Assembly (NCBI GenBank): GCA_963737575.1
Contig: CAVTTJ010000006.1
Span: 20,620 to 84,619, forward strand
Source of the DNA: an uncultured Solirubrobacterales bacterium
GTDB lineage: Bacteria; Actinomycetota; Thermoleophilia; Solirubrobacterales; 70-9
Reading direction: 5' to 3'
Length of the DNA: 64,000 bases
The translations under genes and the position numbers were made by a program. The notes under the pieces are model-generated. The model was not told the DNA's origin, ran no database searches, and was given only the letters and a program-made list of their open reading frames with translations. The number at the start of each line of letters is the position of its first letter. The first letter of the stretch is position 1. This document shows positions 8,906-17,934 of this stretch, in pieces.

Positions 8906-10738
8906 TTGAAGCTCGTCCGCCTCGTCCTACTCGTTCTCCTCGTTGCCTGCGTCTTCCCCGCCGGGGCGTCGGCCCTCGAACTCGAGGTCAACACGCTGAA
9001 TGACCCCGGGGACGGCAGTTGCTTCTACCCGGAAGAAGAATGCTCGCTCCGAGGCGCGATCTACGCGGCCGACGCCAGCGAGGAACCGGACACGATCACC
9101 TTCGAAGTGGCGGGGACGATCAAGCCCGAATCGCCGCTGCCGGAACTCGAAGGGTCGACCACGCTCGACGCGACGACCGCCCCCGGCTGGGAAGGCTCTC
9201 CCGTCGTCTACCTCGACGGGAGCGAAGCCGAATTCGAGGGGGGGACCTGGGGAATTCGGGTCAGGGAAAACTCCACCGCGAATGTCTACGGGCTGGCGAT
9301 CGGCGAATTCGGCCTCGGCATCTACTTCGAACCCGGGTCCTCCGGCCAGGCGTGCGGGAACTACGTCGGCACCGACATCACCGGCACCCAGGCGCGGCCC
9401 AACTTCGACGGCATCTGGGTCGACGAAGGGGCGCGTTTCGTCCGGGTCGGGCGCCAGTGCGGGGAAATCGGCGGCAACCTCGTCTCGGGCAATACCGAGT
9501 GGGGGATCGTCGCCGCCGGCGAGGAACTCGAAATCGACCAGAACCTCGTCGGCACAGATCGGTCGGGGGAAGCTCCTCTTCCCAACGGCCCCGACCCCGA
9601 AGAAGTCGAGGCCGAGGGCGGCGGCATCCGCGTCGGCCCGCACGCGGTCGAAGTGACGGTCGGCGGGATCGACGATCTGGCCCCGCCCCACAACGTGGTC
9701 GCATTCAACCGTGGCCCCGGCGTGCTGGTCCAGAAAGGGGCCATGTTCGCGACCGTCCGCGAGAACTCGATCTTCGCCAACGAGGGACTCGGGATCGAAA
9801 GCCCGGGCGCATCGGTGACCGCGGAGATCGCGAGCGTCGGGAAAATCATCGAAGGGACGGCGACGGTCACCGGCACCGTCCACGGGCTCCCGAACCGCGG
9901 TTACGACCTCGAATTCTTCAGCAGCGAAGAGTGCGACCCGTCCGGGTTCGGCGAGGGTCGCCACCTCGTCGGCAGCATCGGCGACGAAGTCGAAACCGAC
10001 GCCTCGGGCTCGTTCGACTTCACCGCGACACTGCTGGCGCTGGTCCTGCCCGGGGCCCACTTCATCACCCTGACCGCGACCGATGTCCCCAGGACCTCGA
10101 CCTCCGAGTTCTCGAACTGCGTCGCTGCGACCTCTGGGCCCGAAGAAGGGGAGAAACAGCCCCCACCCCCGCCGCCTCCTCCACCGCCGCCCCCGCCACC
10201 GGTTCCGGTCAACGGCCAGAGCGTCACGGTCGCGCCGAAATCCGGGCGGGTATTCGTCAAAGTCCCAGGCTCGACCAGGTTCGTCCCGCTCGAGTCGCTG
10301 GCATCGATCCCGGTCGGTTCGATCATCGACGCGACCAACGGCCGCGTCACCCTGACCTCGGTCGACGCCAACGGGGTCACACAGAGCGCCGACTTCTACG
10401 AAGGCCGCTTCCAGGTGCAGCAGGCCCGGGGCGGCACCTTGGTGACGCTGCGTCTGCGCGGCGGCGACTTCAGCTCCTGTCCGACGGCGGGCTCGAGCGC
10501 CCATGCCGCGAAGCGCTCCGGGCGCAGGCTCTGGGGCTCGGGGAGCGGGCGCTTCCGCACCCAGGGCAACTTCGGCTCGGCCTCGGTGATCGGCACGATC
10601 TGGCTGACCGCGGACCAGTGCAGGGGGACCTTCTTCAAGGTCAGGCGGGGCGTCGTGACGATCACCGATTTCGTCGCCGACAGGACCCTCTCGCTGCCGG
10701 CCGGGAAGAGCTACCTGGCGAAAAAACAGCAGCCCTGA
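8906..10738 (+). CDS. secreted CSLREA-domain / right-handed beta-helix protein with a poly-proline linker
   Basis: A TTG start gives the signal peptide MKLVRLVLLVLLVACVFPAGASA. It carries a CSLRGAIYAA (CSLREA-type) motif, parallel beta-helix-like repeats, and a 14-Pro run at 10160-10201. Confidence 0.8.
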   Translation: MKLVRLVLLVLLVACVFPAGASALELEVNTLNDPGDGSCFYPEEECSLRGAIYAADASEEPDTITFEVAGTIKPESPLPELEGSTTLDATTAPGWEGSPVVYLDGSEAEFEGGTWGIRVRENSTANVYGLAIGEFGLGIYFEPGSSGQACGNYVGTDITGTQARPNFDGIWVDEGARFVRVGRQCGEIGGNLVSGNTEWGIVAAGEELEIDQNLVGTDRSGEAPLPNGPDPEEVEAEGGGIRVGPHAVEVTVGGIDDLAPPHNVVAFNRGPGVLVQKGAMFATVRENSIFANEGLGIESPGASVTAEIASVGKIIEGTATVTGTVHGLPNRGYDLEFFSSEECDPSGFGEGRHLVGSIGDEVETDASGSFDFTATLLALVLPGAHFITLTATDVPRTSTSEFSNCVAATSGPEEGEKQPPPPPPPPPPPPPPVPVNGQSVTVAPKSGRVFVKVPGSTRFVPLESLASIPVGSIIDATNGRVTLTSVDANGVTQSADFYEGRFQVQQARGGTLVTLRLRGGDFSSCPTAGSSAHAAKRSGRRLWGSGSGRFRTQGNFGSASVIGTIWLTADQCRGTFFKVRRGVVTITDFVADRTLSLPAGKSYLAKKQQP

Positions 10739-10845
10739 CGCCCGCGCGCCGGGCATTTGCGTCCAGGAACGGCGCCAAACCTAAAGGATTTCTGACCGTA
10801 TGCCGAAAACTCGGTACGGTCCGGACCGCCCCGCCGCCCACCAGC

Positions 10846-12426
10846 ATGGCCATCCCCCAGTCGACAGCGAGCGCGAAGAGGCCGAAGGGCCACCGCAAGA
10901 AGCATCGGCACGTCTGGAAGGACAAGCACTACCGCTGGGTCGAAACACCCGACGGCGACTGGCGGGTCCAGGGCTACATCGTCCGCCACAAACACAAGCC
11001 GCCGCGCAACCACTACCGCGGCCCGGGCCCGAAACCGAAAAAGAAGACCAGGATCGCCCCGGTCGTCGTCAACGCCGACCCGCGCCCGGCAGGCGCCTAC
11101 CAGGGCCCGTTCGGCCGCGACCAGGCGGTTCGCCTGCTCGACCGGGCGGGCTTCGGCGCGGTCCCGGGCCAGGCTGAGCAACTGGCCTCGCTGGGCCTGG
11201 TCGGCGCGGTCCAGTCGCTCACCAGGCCAAGTGGCTCGGCGACGCTGACCGGGCCGGCACCGGTCGACGACCAGGGCGAACCGATCGCCCCCGCCGACGC
11301 CTGGGGCCACGATCACCTCTGGTGGCTCGACCGCATGATCCGGACCGACCAGCCGCTGGTCGAGCGGATGGCCCTGGTCCTCCACGATTGGTTCGCGACC
11401 TCGAACGCGAGCGTCTCCACCGCCCAGCAGATGATCGACCAGTCGAACCTCTTTCGCTCGGCCTGCTTCGGGTCGTTCCTCGACCTCTTCCAGGCGGTGA
11501 CGGTCGACCCGGCGATGCTGCAGTGGTTGAACGGCAACGAAAACCACAAGCAGGCCCCGAACGAGAACTACGGCCGCGAGATGATGGAGCTGTTCTCGCT
11601 CGGCGCCGACCGCGGCGCCTACACCGAGGACGACATCCGCGAACAGGCCCGCTCGCTGACCGGGTGGCGCAACGACTACGGGGAACTCGGCGCCTACAAC
11701 TTCCGCTTCGACCCCAAACGCCACGACCAGGGGACGAAGACGGTCTTCGGCCGCAGCGGCAACTGGGAATGGCGCGACGCCTGCCGGCTCTGCGTCGAGA
11801 ACCCGCTGCACCCCTCGTTCTTCGTCGAGAAGCTCTGGAGCTACTTCGTCCCGCAGCCGCCGTCCGACGCAACCAGGGACACGTTGATCGCCACCTACCA
11901 GGCCTCGGCGTGGGCGATCCGCCCGGTGCTCGAGGAAATCCTGTTGAGCCCCGACGTCTACCAGGGGCCGCCGATGGTCAAACCGCCGGTCGTCCACCTC
12001 GCCGGGATGCTCCGCTCGCTCCACCGCGGTATCGACACCGAAGCCTGGACCTGGCTCTGCGACCAGGCCGGCCAGCTGCTGTTCTGGCCACCGAACGTCT
12101 CCGGCTGGGACGACACCCGCTGGCTCGATACCTCGCGGATGCGCGCCCGCTGGAACATGGTCGACTACGCACTCGACGGCACCTCGGTCGACGTCTGGGG
12201 CTCCCCCTACAGCAGCACCGAGACTCCCGACGAAGCTCTGGCGAGGGCGCTGCAGTCATGGGGGGGGCCGACACTTCGCGACGAACACCGCGCCGAGCTC
12301 CTCGACTTCGGCCGCCGGGTCGAGTCGCTCGTGGAATTCGACTGGCAGGGTGGCCCCTATCGGGCGATGCGCCAGAACGCGCTCCTACAGCTGATCGGGA
12401 TCAGCCCCGACGTGATCCTGCAATGA
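10846..12426 (+). CDS. DUF1800 family protein
   Basis: Only the 3' 527 codons of the 1135-aa ORF are protein-like. Typical DUF1800 blocks are present: LHDWFATS, MLQWLNG..N....PNENYGREMMELFSLG, LTGW. The N-terminus is K/H/R-rich with no signal peptide. Confidence 0.85.
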   Translation: MAIPQSTASAKRPKGHRKKHRHVWKDKHYRWVETPDGDWRVQGYIVRHKHKPPRNHYRGPGPKPKKKTRIAPVVVNADPRPAGAYQGPFGRDQAVRLLDRAGFGAVPGQAEQLASLGLVGAVQSLTRPSGSATLTGPAPVDDQGEPIAPADAWGHDHLWWLDRMIRTDQPLVERMALVLHDWFATSNASVSTAQQMIDQSNLFRSACFGSFLDLFQAVTVDPAMLQWLNGNENHKQAPNENYGREMMELFSLGADRGAYTEDDIREQARSLTGWRNDYGELGAYNFRFDPKRHDQGTKTVFGRSGNWEWRDACRLCVENPLHPSFFVEKLWSYFVPQPPSDATRDTLIATYQASAWAIRPVLEEILLSPDVYQGPPMVKPPVVHLAGMLRSLHRGIDTEAWTWLCDQAGQLLFWPPNVSGWDDTRWLDTSRMRARWNMVDYALDGTSVDVWGSPYSSTETPDEALARALQSWGGPTLRDEHRAELLDFGRRVESLVEFDWQGGPYRAMRQNALLQLIGISPDVILQ

Positions 12427-12438
12427 GGAAAGGCTGAG

Positions 12439-13788
12439 ATGCACAACTGCTGCAACAACTACACCCGCTCCCAGCTCCTGCGCTCGGCCGCCGCCGAGGC
12501 GGGGAAGGGCCTGCCGGCGATCGAGCCGGGCATGCCGACACCTGCCGGGACCGGCCTTTCTCGCCGCAGCTTCCTCTCCTGGAGCGCCGGGCTCGCGCTC
12601 TCCGTCTACGGCGCCTCGAAGATCCCGATCGCGGCCTTCGAGGATGGGATCGCCCAGGCGGCGCAGAGCGACAAAATCCTCATCTCGGTCTTCTTCGACG
12701 GCGGCATCGACGCGCTCAGCGTCCTCGCCCCTGTCGGCGACCCGCGCTACTCGCAGCTGCGGCCGAATCTCGCGCTCTCGCCCGAAGCGGGGACCGAATT
12801 CACCGAGGACAACCGGCTGCGCTGGCACCCGGCTGCGGAACCGCTCTCGACCCTCCACTCCGAGGGCAAGGTCAGCGTCTTCCCGGCGATCGGGTACGAA
12901 CACCCCGACCAGTCGCACTTCACCTCGCGCCACTACTACGAGATCGGCGAGCTCGACGTCAGCTACCACACCGGTTGGCTCGGTCGCTACGTCGACCTGG
13001 TCGGGACCGACGACAACCCGCTTCAGGGCCTCTCGATGGACGGCACCCTCTCGCCGATGCTGGCGACCGCCGACAAGCCGGTCGCGGCGATCGACAGCGT
13101 CGACGGCTACGACCTCTGGTCCCCGGTCGGCGATCCGGTCTCCGAAGAGATGTTCCGAAGCTTCTCCAAGTTCGGGTCGCTGCCGGTCGACTCCCCCGGC
13201 CTCGGCCAGGTGCGCCGGGCGACGACCCAGACCGAGAAGCTGCGCCAGGACCTCGGCGGGGTCGGCGCCTTCACCAGCCCGGTGACCTATCCCGAAACGA
13301 ACTTCGCCCACATGCTCGCCGGGCTTGCCGCCTACATCGGGTTCGGGCTGCCGCTCAACGTGGTGACGATCAGCGCTGCCGGCGGCTACGACACCCATGC
13401 GGACGAGGCCACCGACCTCGACCGCAACCTGCGCGAGACCTGCGAGGGGCTGCTCGCCTTCCAGCGCGACCTCGAAGCCCGCGGCCTCGAGGACCGGGTC
13501 CTGGTCGAGATGTGGAGTGAGTTCGGCCGCCGGCCGGAGGAGAACGGCTCGGGCGGAACCGACCATGGCGCCGCCGGCGTCGCATTCGTGGTCGGGTCGA
13601 AAGCGAAGGGCGAAATGGTCGGCGAATTTCCCGGCCTCGCGACCCTCGACCCGCAGGAAAACCTACGCTCGACGAGCGACTTCCGGGCGATGTACTGCTC
13701 GCTGCTCGAGCAGTGGCTCGGGCAGGACGCGGGCCCGATCATCCCCGGCGCCTCCGGTTTCGCTCGGCCGGCGCTGGTGAAGGCGTGA
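12439..13788 (+). CDS. DUF1501 family protein (sulfatase/phosphatase-like) with a Tat signal
   Basis: The twin-arginine signal is SRRSFLSWSAGLALSV. The C-terminal block GRRPEENGSGGTDHG is typical of DUF1501. An RBS GAGGAAAGG sits upstream. Confidence 0.9.
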   Translation: MHNCCNNYTRSQLLRSAAAEAGKGLPAIEPGMPTPAGTGLSRRSFLSWSAGLALSVYGASKIPIAAFEDGIAQAAQSDKILISVFFDGGIDALSVLAPVGDPRYSQLRPNLALSPEAGTEFTEDNRLRWHPAAEPLSTLHSEGKVSVFPAIGYEHPDQSHFTSRHYYEIGELDVSYHTGWLGRYVDLVGTDDNPLQGLSMDGTLSPMLATADKPVAAIDSVDGYDLWSPVGDPVSEEMFRSFSKFGSLPVDSPGLGQVRRATTQTEKLRQDLGGVGAFTSPVTYPETNFAHMLAGLAAYIGFGLPLNVVTISAAGGYDTHADEATDLDRNLRETCEGLLAFQRDLEARGLEDRVLVEMWSEFGRRPEENGSGGTDHGAAGVAFVVGSKAKGEMVGEFPGLATLDPQENLRSTSDFRAMYCSLLEQWLGQDAGPIIPGASGFARPALVKA

Positions 13789-14339
13789 GGAGGGCCGCGG
13801 CCTCTCTCCTCGCCCTGGCGCTGGCGGCCCTGATCGTCGCGCCCTCCCTCGGCGCCGAGGCCTCGGCCGGCTGCTCCTGGAAGCGGCACACCAAGCACGT
13901 CGTCAAGCACGTGCGGCGTCACGGGAAGTCCCGGCGTGTGGTGCGGACGAAGCACTGGTGGACCTGTCAGCACACCCCCGCCCCCGCACTCGGGGCCGGC
14001 GCTCCGACGGTCCCGGGGTCCGCGCCGCAGCCGAGCGAAGAAGGGGCGACGGCGGGCAGGCTCGGCGTCAAGGCATCCGAGTACAAATTCATCCTCTCCC
14101 GTCCCAGCGTGACCGCGGGCGAAGTGGTCGTCGAACTCGACAACCAGGGCGAAGACGCGCACAACCTCAACCTCCAGCTCGCCGACGGCCAGGGGCCGGA
14201 ATTTCACCTTGGGGAAGTCGACTCGCAGAAACGGGCGACCGCGCGATTCACCCTTCCGGCCGGCACATACCGGCTCTGGTGCAGCCTCCCCAACCACGAA
14301 GAACTCGGGATGAAGGCGACACTGACGGTCGGCGGCTAG
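13785..14339 (+). CDS. secreted cupredoxin (type-1 copper) domain protein
   Basis: The GTG start overlaps the DUF1501 stop (GTGA). There is a signal peptide. The Cu ligand pattern is H(NLNL)...C-SLPN-H-EELG-M. Confidence 0.75.
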   Translation: MRRAAASLLALALAALIVAPSLGAEASAGCSWKRHTKHVVKHVRRHGKSRRVVRTKHWWTCQHTPAPALGAGAPTVPGSAPQPSEEGATAGRLGVKASEYKFILSRPSVTAGEVVVELDNQGEDAHNLNLQLADGQGPEFHLGEVDSQKRATARFTLPAGTYRLWCSLPNHEELGMKATLTVGG

Positions 14340-14352
14340 GCCGCCGCCCCGG

Positions 14353-15078
14353 CTAGCCGCGCGGCCCGGTCTCGCAGTCTTGCGATTTTCCCCTGCCGGG
14401 GCCGCCGTCGCAGTAGTCGTAGCCGCCGCCGCCGTAGAGCCGGTCGGCTCCCGGGCCGCCGTAGAGGCGGTCGTCGCCGGCATCGCCGTGGCACCCGTCT
14501 TCGCCGCGGCCCATCCTGCAAACGTCGCGACCGGGCCCGCCCCAGCAGCCATCGCTGCCGTCGCCGGCCTGGCAGTAGTCGTCGCCCGGCCCGCCGATGC
14601 AGTCGCTATTGCGGTTGCCGGTGATGCAGATGTCCCCCCCGCCGCCGCCGACGCAGCGGTTGCGACGCGATCCTTCGGGATAGCAGGTGTCGGGCTCGCC
14701 GTTGCCGATGAACTTGTCCGAGCCGGCTCCGAGGTAGGCGGTGAGGGGGACGGGGATGCGATTCAGGACCTTGACCAGGTCCGCGGCCGGCCCCGTCCGC
14801 ACGATCACCGCGCCGACGCCGCGCAGCGGGCAGGAGGCGGCAAGCCGGTAGCTGGTGAAGTGGCAGCCGCGCGGATGGGAGCGGGCCATGTAGCCGCTGA
14901 CCACGAGGCTCCTGTTCACGACCTGGAGTTCCAGCGTCGAGCCGGTGTTCGTGCCGTGGATGACGATCTGCCCCTCCGGCGTCGCGGTCCCGGCGCCGAG
15001 CGTCAGCAGGAGGCCGAACGCGCAGGCCGATGCGGCCGCGAGCGAGCGTGTCCGGCTGTACGCGTCTTTCCTGCCCAT
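14353..15078 (-). CDS. secreted protein with RTX-like Gly/Asp-rich Ca-binding repeats and many Cys
   Basis: It has a signal peptide. The C-terminal half carries GGPGDDYC, GGPGRDVC, GDAGDDRLYGGPGADRLYGGGGYDYCDGGPG. Confidence 0.7.
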   Translation of the reverse strand: MGRKDAYSRTRSLAAASACAFGLLLTLGAGTATPEGQIVIHGTNTGSTLELQVVNRSLVVSGYMARSHPRGCHFTSYRLAASCPLRGVGAVIVRTGPAADLVKVLNRIPVPLTAYLGAGSDKFIGNGEPDTCYPEGSRRNRCVGGGGGDICITGNRNSDCIGGPGDDYCQAGDGSDGCWGGPGRDVCRMGRGEDGCHGDAGDDRLYGGPGADRLYGGGGYDYCDGGPGRGKSQDCETGPRG

Positions 15079-15467
15079 ACAACTATTACCGAGGGGATAC
15101 TCGATCGACGGACGCCAAATATGTCATCGACCCGAGGGCGCGCCGATCTTACGCGAGACGCCTAACACCGAGTTGAGCAGCGGCGCCTGCGCGTCATGGT
15201 CTGCGCCCGGCCGAGTGCCCTCGCTCAGCGGAAGAAGGGCTCAGATCCGGCTAGTTTGAGACACTGTATCGGCGCGTAATAGGTCGATTTGCAGGGGAGA
15301 TGTCGCCAATGCCCAAAAAAGGGACATATCGGGTTGCATTTGGAGACTCGATCCTCTAGTCTTGCGCCCGCTCGCCAGGGAGGCGGGCCCGGGAAACATT
15401 TGACAGGGACTCTCGCACCGGTTCGATTAGGTGCAGGGTGAGGTCGAGCAGGGAAGGAGAGCATCGG

Positions 15468-17894
15468 GTGAGAGGCGCCAAGGAAACGTCTGCGACGTTG
15501 ATTGCGCACGCCGCGAACGGTCGCCGCACCGCCGTGGTGGCAATGCTCGCGCTGGCCGCCATCGCTGCCGTTGCGGTCCTCCCCTCGACAGCGCTTGCCG
15601 CAAGCGGCGGCTGGATCTCGACCGGCAGCTTCGGCTCGTTCGGCACCGGATCGGGTCAGTTTCAGGCCGACTACTTCGGGACCGGGGGCGGCGCCGCGGT
15701 CGACGAATCGACCGGCGACGTCTACATCACGGACACCGGCAACGCTCGGATCGAGAAGTTCGACGCCTCCGGCAACTTTCTCGCCGCCTGGGGGTTCGGG
15801 GTCGTCGACGGCAGCAACACGTACCAGGTCTGCACGGCCCCGAGCGGCTGCAAGGCCGGCCTCCCCGGCACCGCCCCCGGTCAGTTCAGCGACCCCGGCG
15901 GGATCGCCGTCGACAACTCCAACGGGCCGAACGCCGGAGACGTCTACGTCGTCGACGGGAACAATCCGAACGGCGCCGGCCAGAACGACAGGATCACCAA
16001 GTTCAGCTCCAGCGGTACCTACCTCAGTCAACTCGACGCCTCGACCTCCCCAGGTGGCGCCTTCCAGGGTCTGGCATTCAACGGCGCCGTCGCGGTTGAC
16101 GGCAGCGGCTTCGTCTGGGTCGCCGACGCCAACCAGCGGGTCCTGAAATTCTCGAACCAGGCGAACAACGCCTACGTCGTCGGGTCGCAATGGAGCTCGG
16201 GGCAGGCCGGCGCGATCGCGGTCAATAGCGCCGGGACGAAGGTCTACCTCTTCCCGTCCTGCTGCTATTCCCCGGCACAGGTATTTGACGCCGACGGGAC
16301 GAATCCCGGCAACAGCTTCGCCGGTGGCGGCTACACCGACCAGTTCGCCGTTGATAGGGCGACCGGACACGTCTTCGCCTCCTCCGGCGGCTATCAGATA
16401 GACGAATACCAGGCCGATGGAACGCCGATCTCGGGGACCACGTTCGGAGCCGGGATGTTCTCATTCTCCGATGGGATCGCGATCAACTCCGCGACGAAGA
16501 CGATCTATGTCGCCGACCAGTATGGGTCGAAGGTCGTCAAGTTCGTCCCCCGCATCGTCCCCGACGTGACCACGGGCGATCCCACTGGAGTCGGGCACAC
16601 GAACGCAACCCTGACGGGCCAGGTCGCTCCCGACGCGACCGGAGGCGGGGACGTCAGCGACTGCCACTTCGAATACGGGGAATCGACCGCCTACGGATCC
16701 ACCGCTCCCTGCGTCCCGGCGACTCCATACTCCGGCAGCACGGCTGTGACTGCCGACCTGACGGGCCTCGCCCCCGACGTCACCTACCACTACAGGCTCG
16801 TCGCGAGCAACTCGATCGGCCCCAACCAGGGCGCCGACAAGACCTTCACCCCGAACGCGGTACTGGACACCACCACCGGGACGCCCAGCGATGTCACCCA
16901 GATCAGCGCCACCCTCAACGGCTCGTTCACCGGCGATAACCACGACACCCACTACTACTTCGAATGGGGTACCGACAACTCCTACGGGAATACGGCACCC
17001 GCCCTTCCCGGCGGCGATGCTGGGACCACCACCGGCACCACCCCGGTGAGCGCGGACATCAGCGGGTTGAGCGAGTACACGTTCTACCACTACCGGCTCG
17101 TCGCCACGAACAGCATCGGCACCACCCACGGCGTCGACCGCGCCTTCTACAGCGCTCCGCCGATCATCCCGGACATCCAGGAAACCGGCGCGTCCGGCAT
17201 CACCCCCACGAGCGCGATGATCTCCGCCCAGATCAATCCGGGCTATGGCCAGACGATCTACATCGTCGAATACGGAACGTCGGCCAGCTACGACCAGCAC
17301 ACGGCGCCAGGACCCGCCCTGGACCCGGACAACATCCTGCATCCCGTCAGCCAGGGCCTGACCGGCCTCTCGTCCGCCACCACCTACCACTACCGGATCG
17401 TCGCCATCAACTTCGGCGGTGTCGGCCGCACCCCCGACATGACCTTCCGGACCTCCGACGTGCCGAGCGTCGACTCGACCTCGAGCACCGGAGTGGACAG
17501 CAGGAATGCAACGCTGACGGCGAGGATCAACCCGAATCTCTCCTCGACCACCTACCACTTCGAGTACGGCGTGGATGCCGGCTACGGATCACGGACGGCG
17601 GAGAGTGCTCCGATCGGCGCCGGAGCCGGGGACGAGGGCGCCAGCGCTCAGCTCTCGGGGCTCGCCCCGGGAACCACCTACCACTTCCGTGTCGTTGCCA
17701 CGAACGGCATCGGCAAGACGAACGGCAAGGATCAGACCTTCACCACTGCGCCGGCGCCCGTCGGCTCTCCCCCGCCGCCCGCTGTGCAGAAATGCAAGGC
17801 GGGATTCGCGCGCAGGCTCGGGAAGTGCGTCCGCAAGGGACGCCACCACCAGAAGCGTCATCGCCGCCATCTGAGAGGCCACGGCAATGGCTGA
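15468..17894 (+). CDS. operon gene A: secreted NHL-repeat propeller plus 4 FN3-like modules, polybasic C-terminal tail
   Basis: The GTG start lies 7 nt after the RBS GGAAGGAG. The signal peptide ends ...AVLPSTALA. NHL-like blades include GDVYITDTGNARIEKFDASGNF. Four modules end in YHYRLVASN, YHYRLVATN, YHYRIVAIN and YHFRVVATN. The tail is KCKAGFARRLGKCVRKGRHHQKRHRRHLRGHGNG. Confidence 0.85.
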   Translation: MRGAKETSATLIAHAANGRRTAVVAMLALAAIAAVAVLPSTALAASGGWISTGSFGSFGTGSGQFQADYFGTGGGAAVDESTGDVYITDTGNARIEKFDASGNFLAAWGFGVVDGSNTYQVCTAPSGCKAGLPGTAPGQFSDPGGIAVDNSNGPNAGDVYVVDGNNPNGAGQNDRITKFSSSGTYLSQLDASTSPGGAFQGLAFNGAVAVDGSGFVWVADANQRVLKFSNQANNAYVVGSQWSSGQAGAIAVNSAGTKVYLFPSCCYSPAQVFDADGTNPGNSFAGGGYTDQFAVDRATGHVFASSGGYQIDEYQADGTPISGTTFGAGMFSFSDGIAINSATKTIYVADQYGSKVVKFVPRIVPDVTTGDPTGVGHTNATLTGQVAPDATGGGDVSDCHFEYGESTAYGSTAPCVPATPYSGSTAVTADLTGLAPDVTYHYRLVASNSIGPNQGADKTFTPNAVLDTTTGTPSDVTQISATLNGSFTGDNHDTHYYFEWGTDNSYGNTAPALPGGDAGTTTGTTPVSADISGLSEYTFYHYRLVATNSIGTTHGVDRAFYSAPPIIPDIQETGASGITPTSAMISAQINPGYGQTIYIVEYGTSASYDQHTAPGPALDPDNILHPVSQGLTGLSSATTYHYRIVAINFGGVGRTPDMTFRTSDVPSVDSTSSTGVDSRNATLTARINPNLSSTTYHFEYGVDAGYGSRTAESAPIGAGAGDEGASAQLSGLAPGTTYHFRVVATNGIGKTNGKDQTFTTAPAPVGSPPPPAVQKCKAGFARRLGKCVRKGRHHQKRHRRHLRGHGNG

Positions 17895-17934
17895 GCGGGC
17901 ACGGTCGGTACCGCGTTCGAGGAGAGGAGCGAGA

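Noticed and set aside
10160-10201. CCN-rich simple-sequence tract as a DNA-level microsatellite or contingency locus
   Set aside because: The codons are mixed (CCC/CCA/CCG/CCT), so it is not a perfect nucleotide repeat. It simply encodes a 14-proline linker.
9019-10845. The 5' two-thirds of the 1135-aa ORF (9019..12426), which overlaps the CSLREA gene in another frame
   Set aside because: The translation is Arg/Pro/Gly-rich low-complexity sequence, typical of an off-frame reading of GC-rich coding DNA. Protein-like sequence (DUF1800) begins only at ATG 10846.
15400-15428. TTGACA at 15400-15405 as the -35 of the operon promoter
   Set aside because: The best -10 candidates 17-19 nt downstream (TCGATT, GATTAG) are poor matches. 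This cannot be supported without TSS data.
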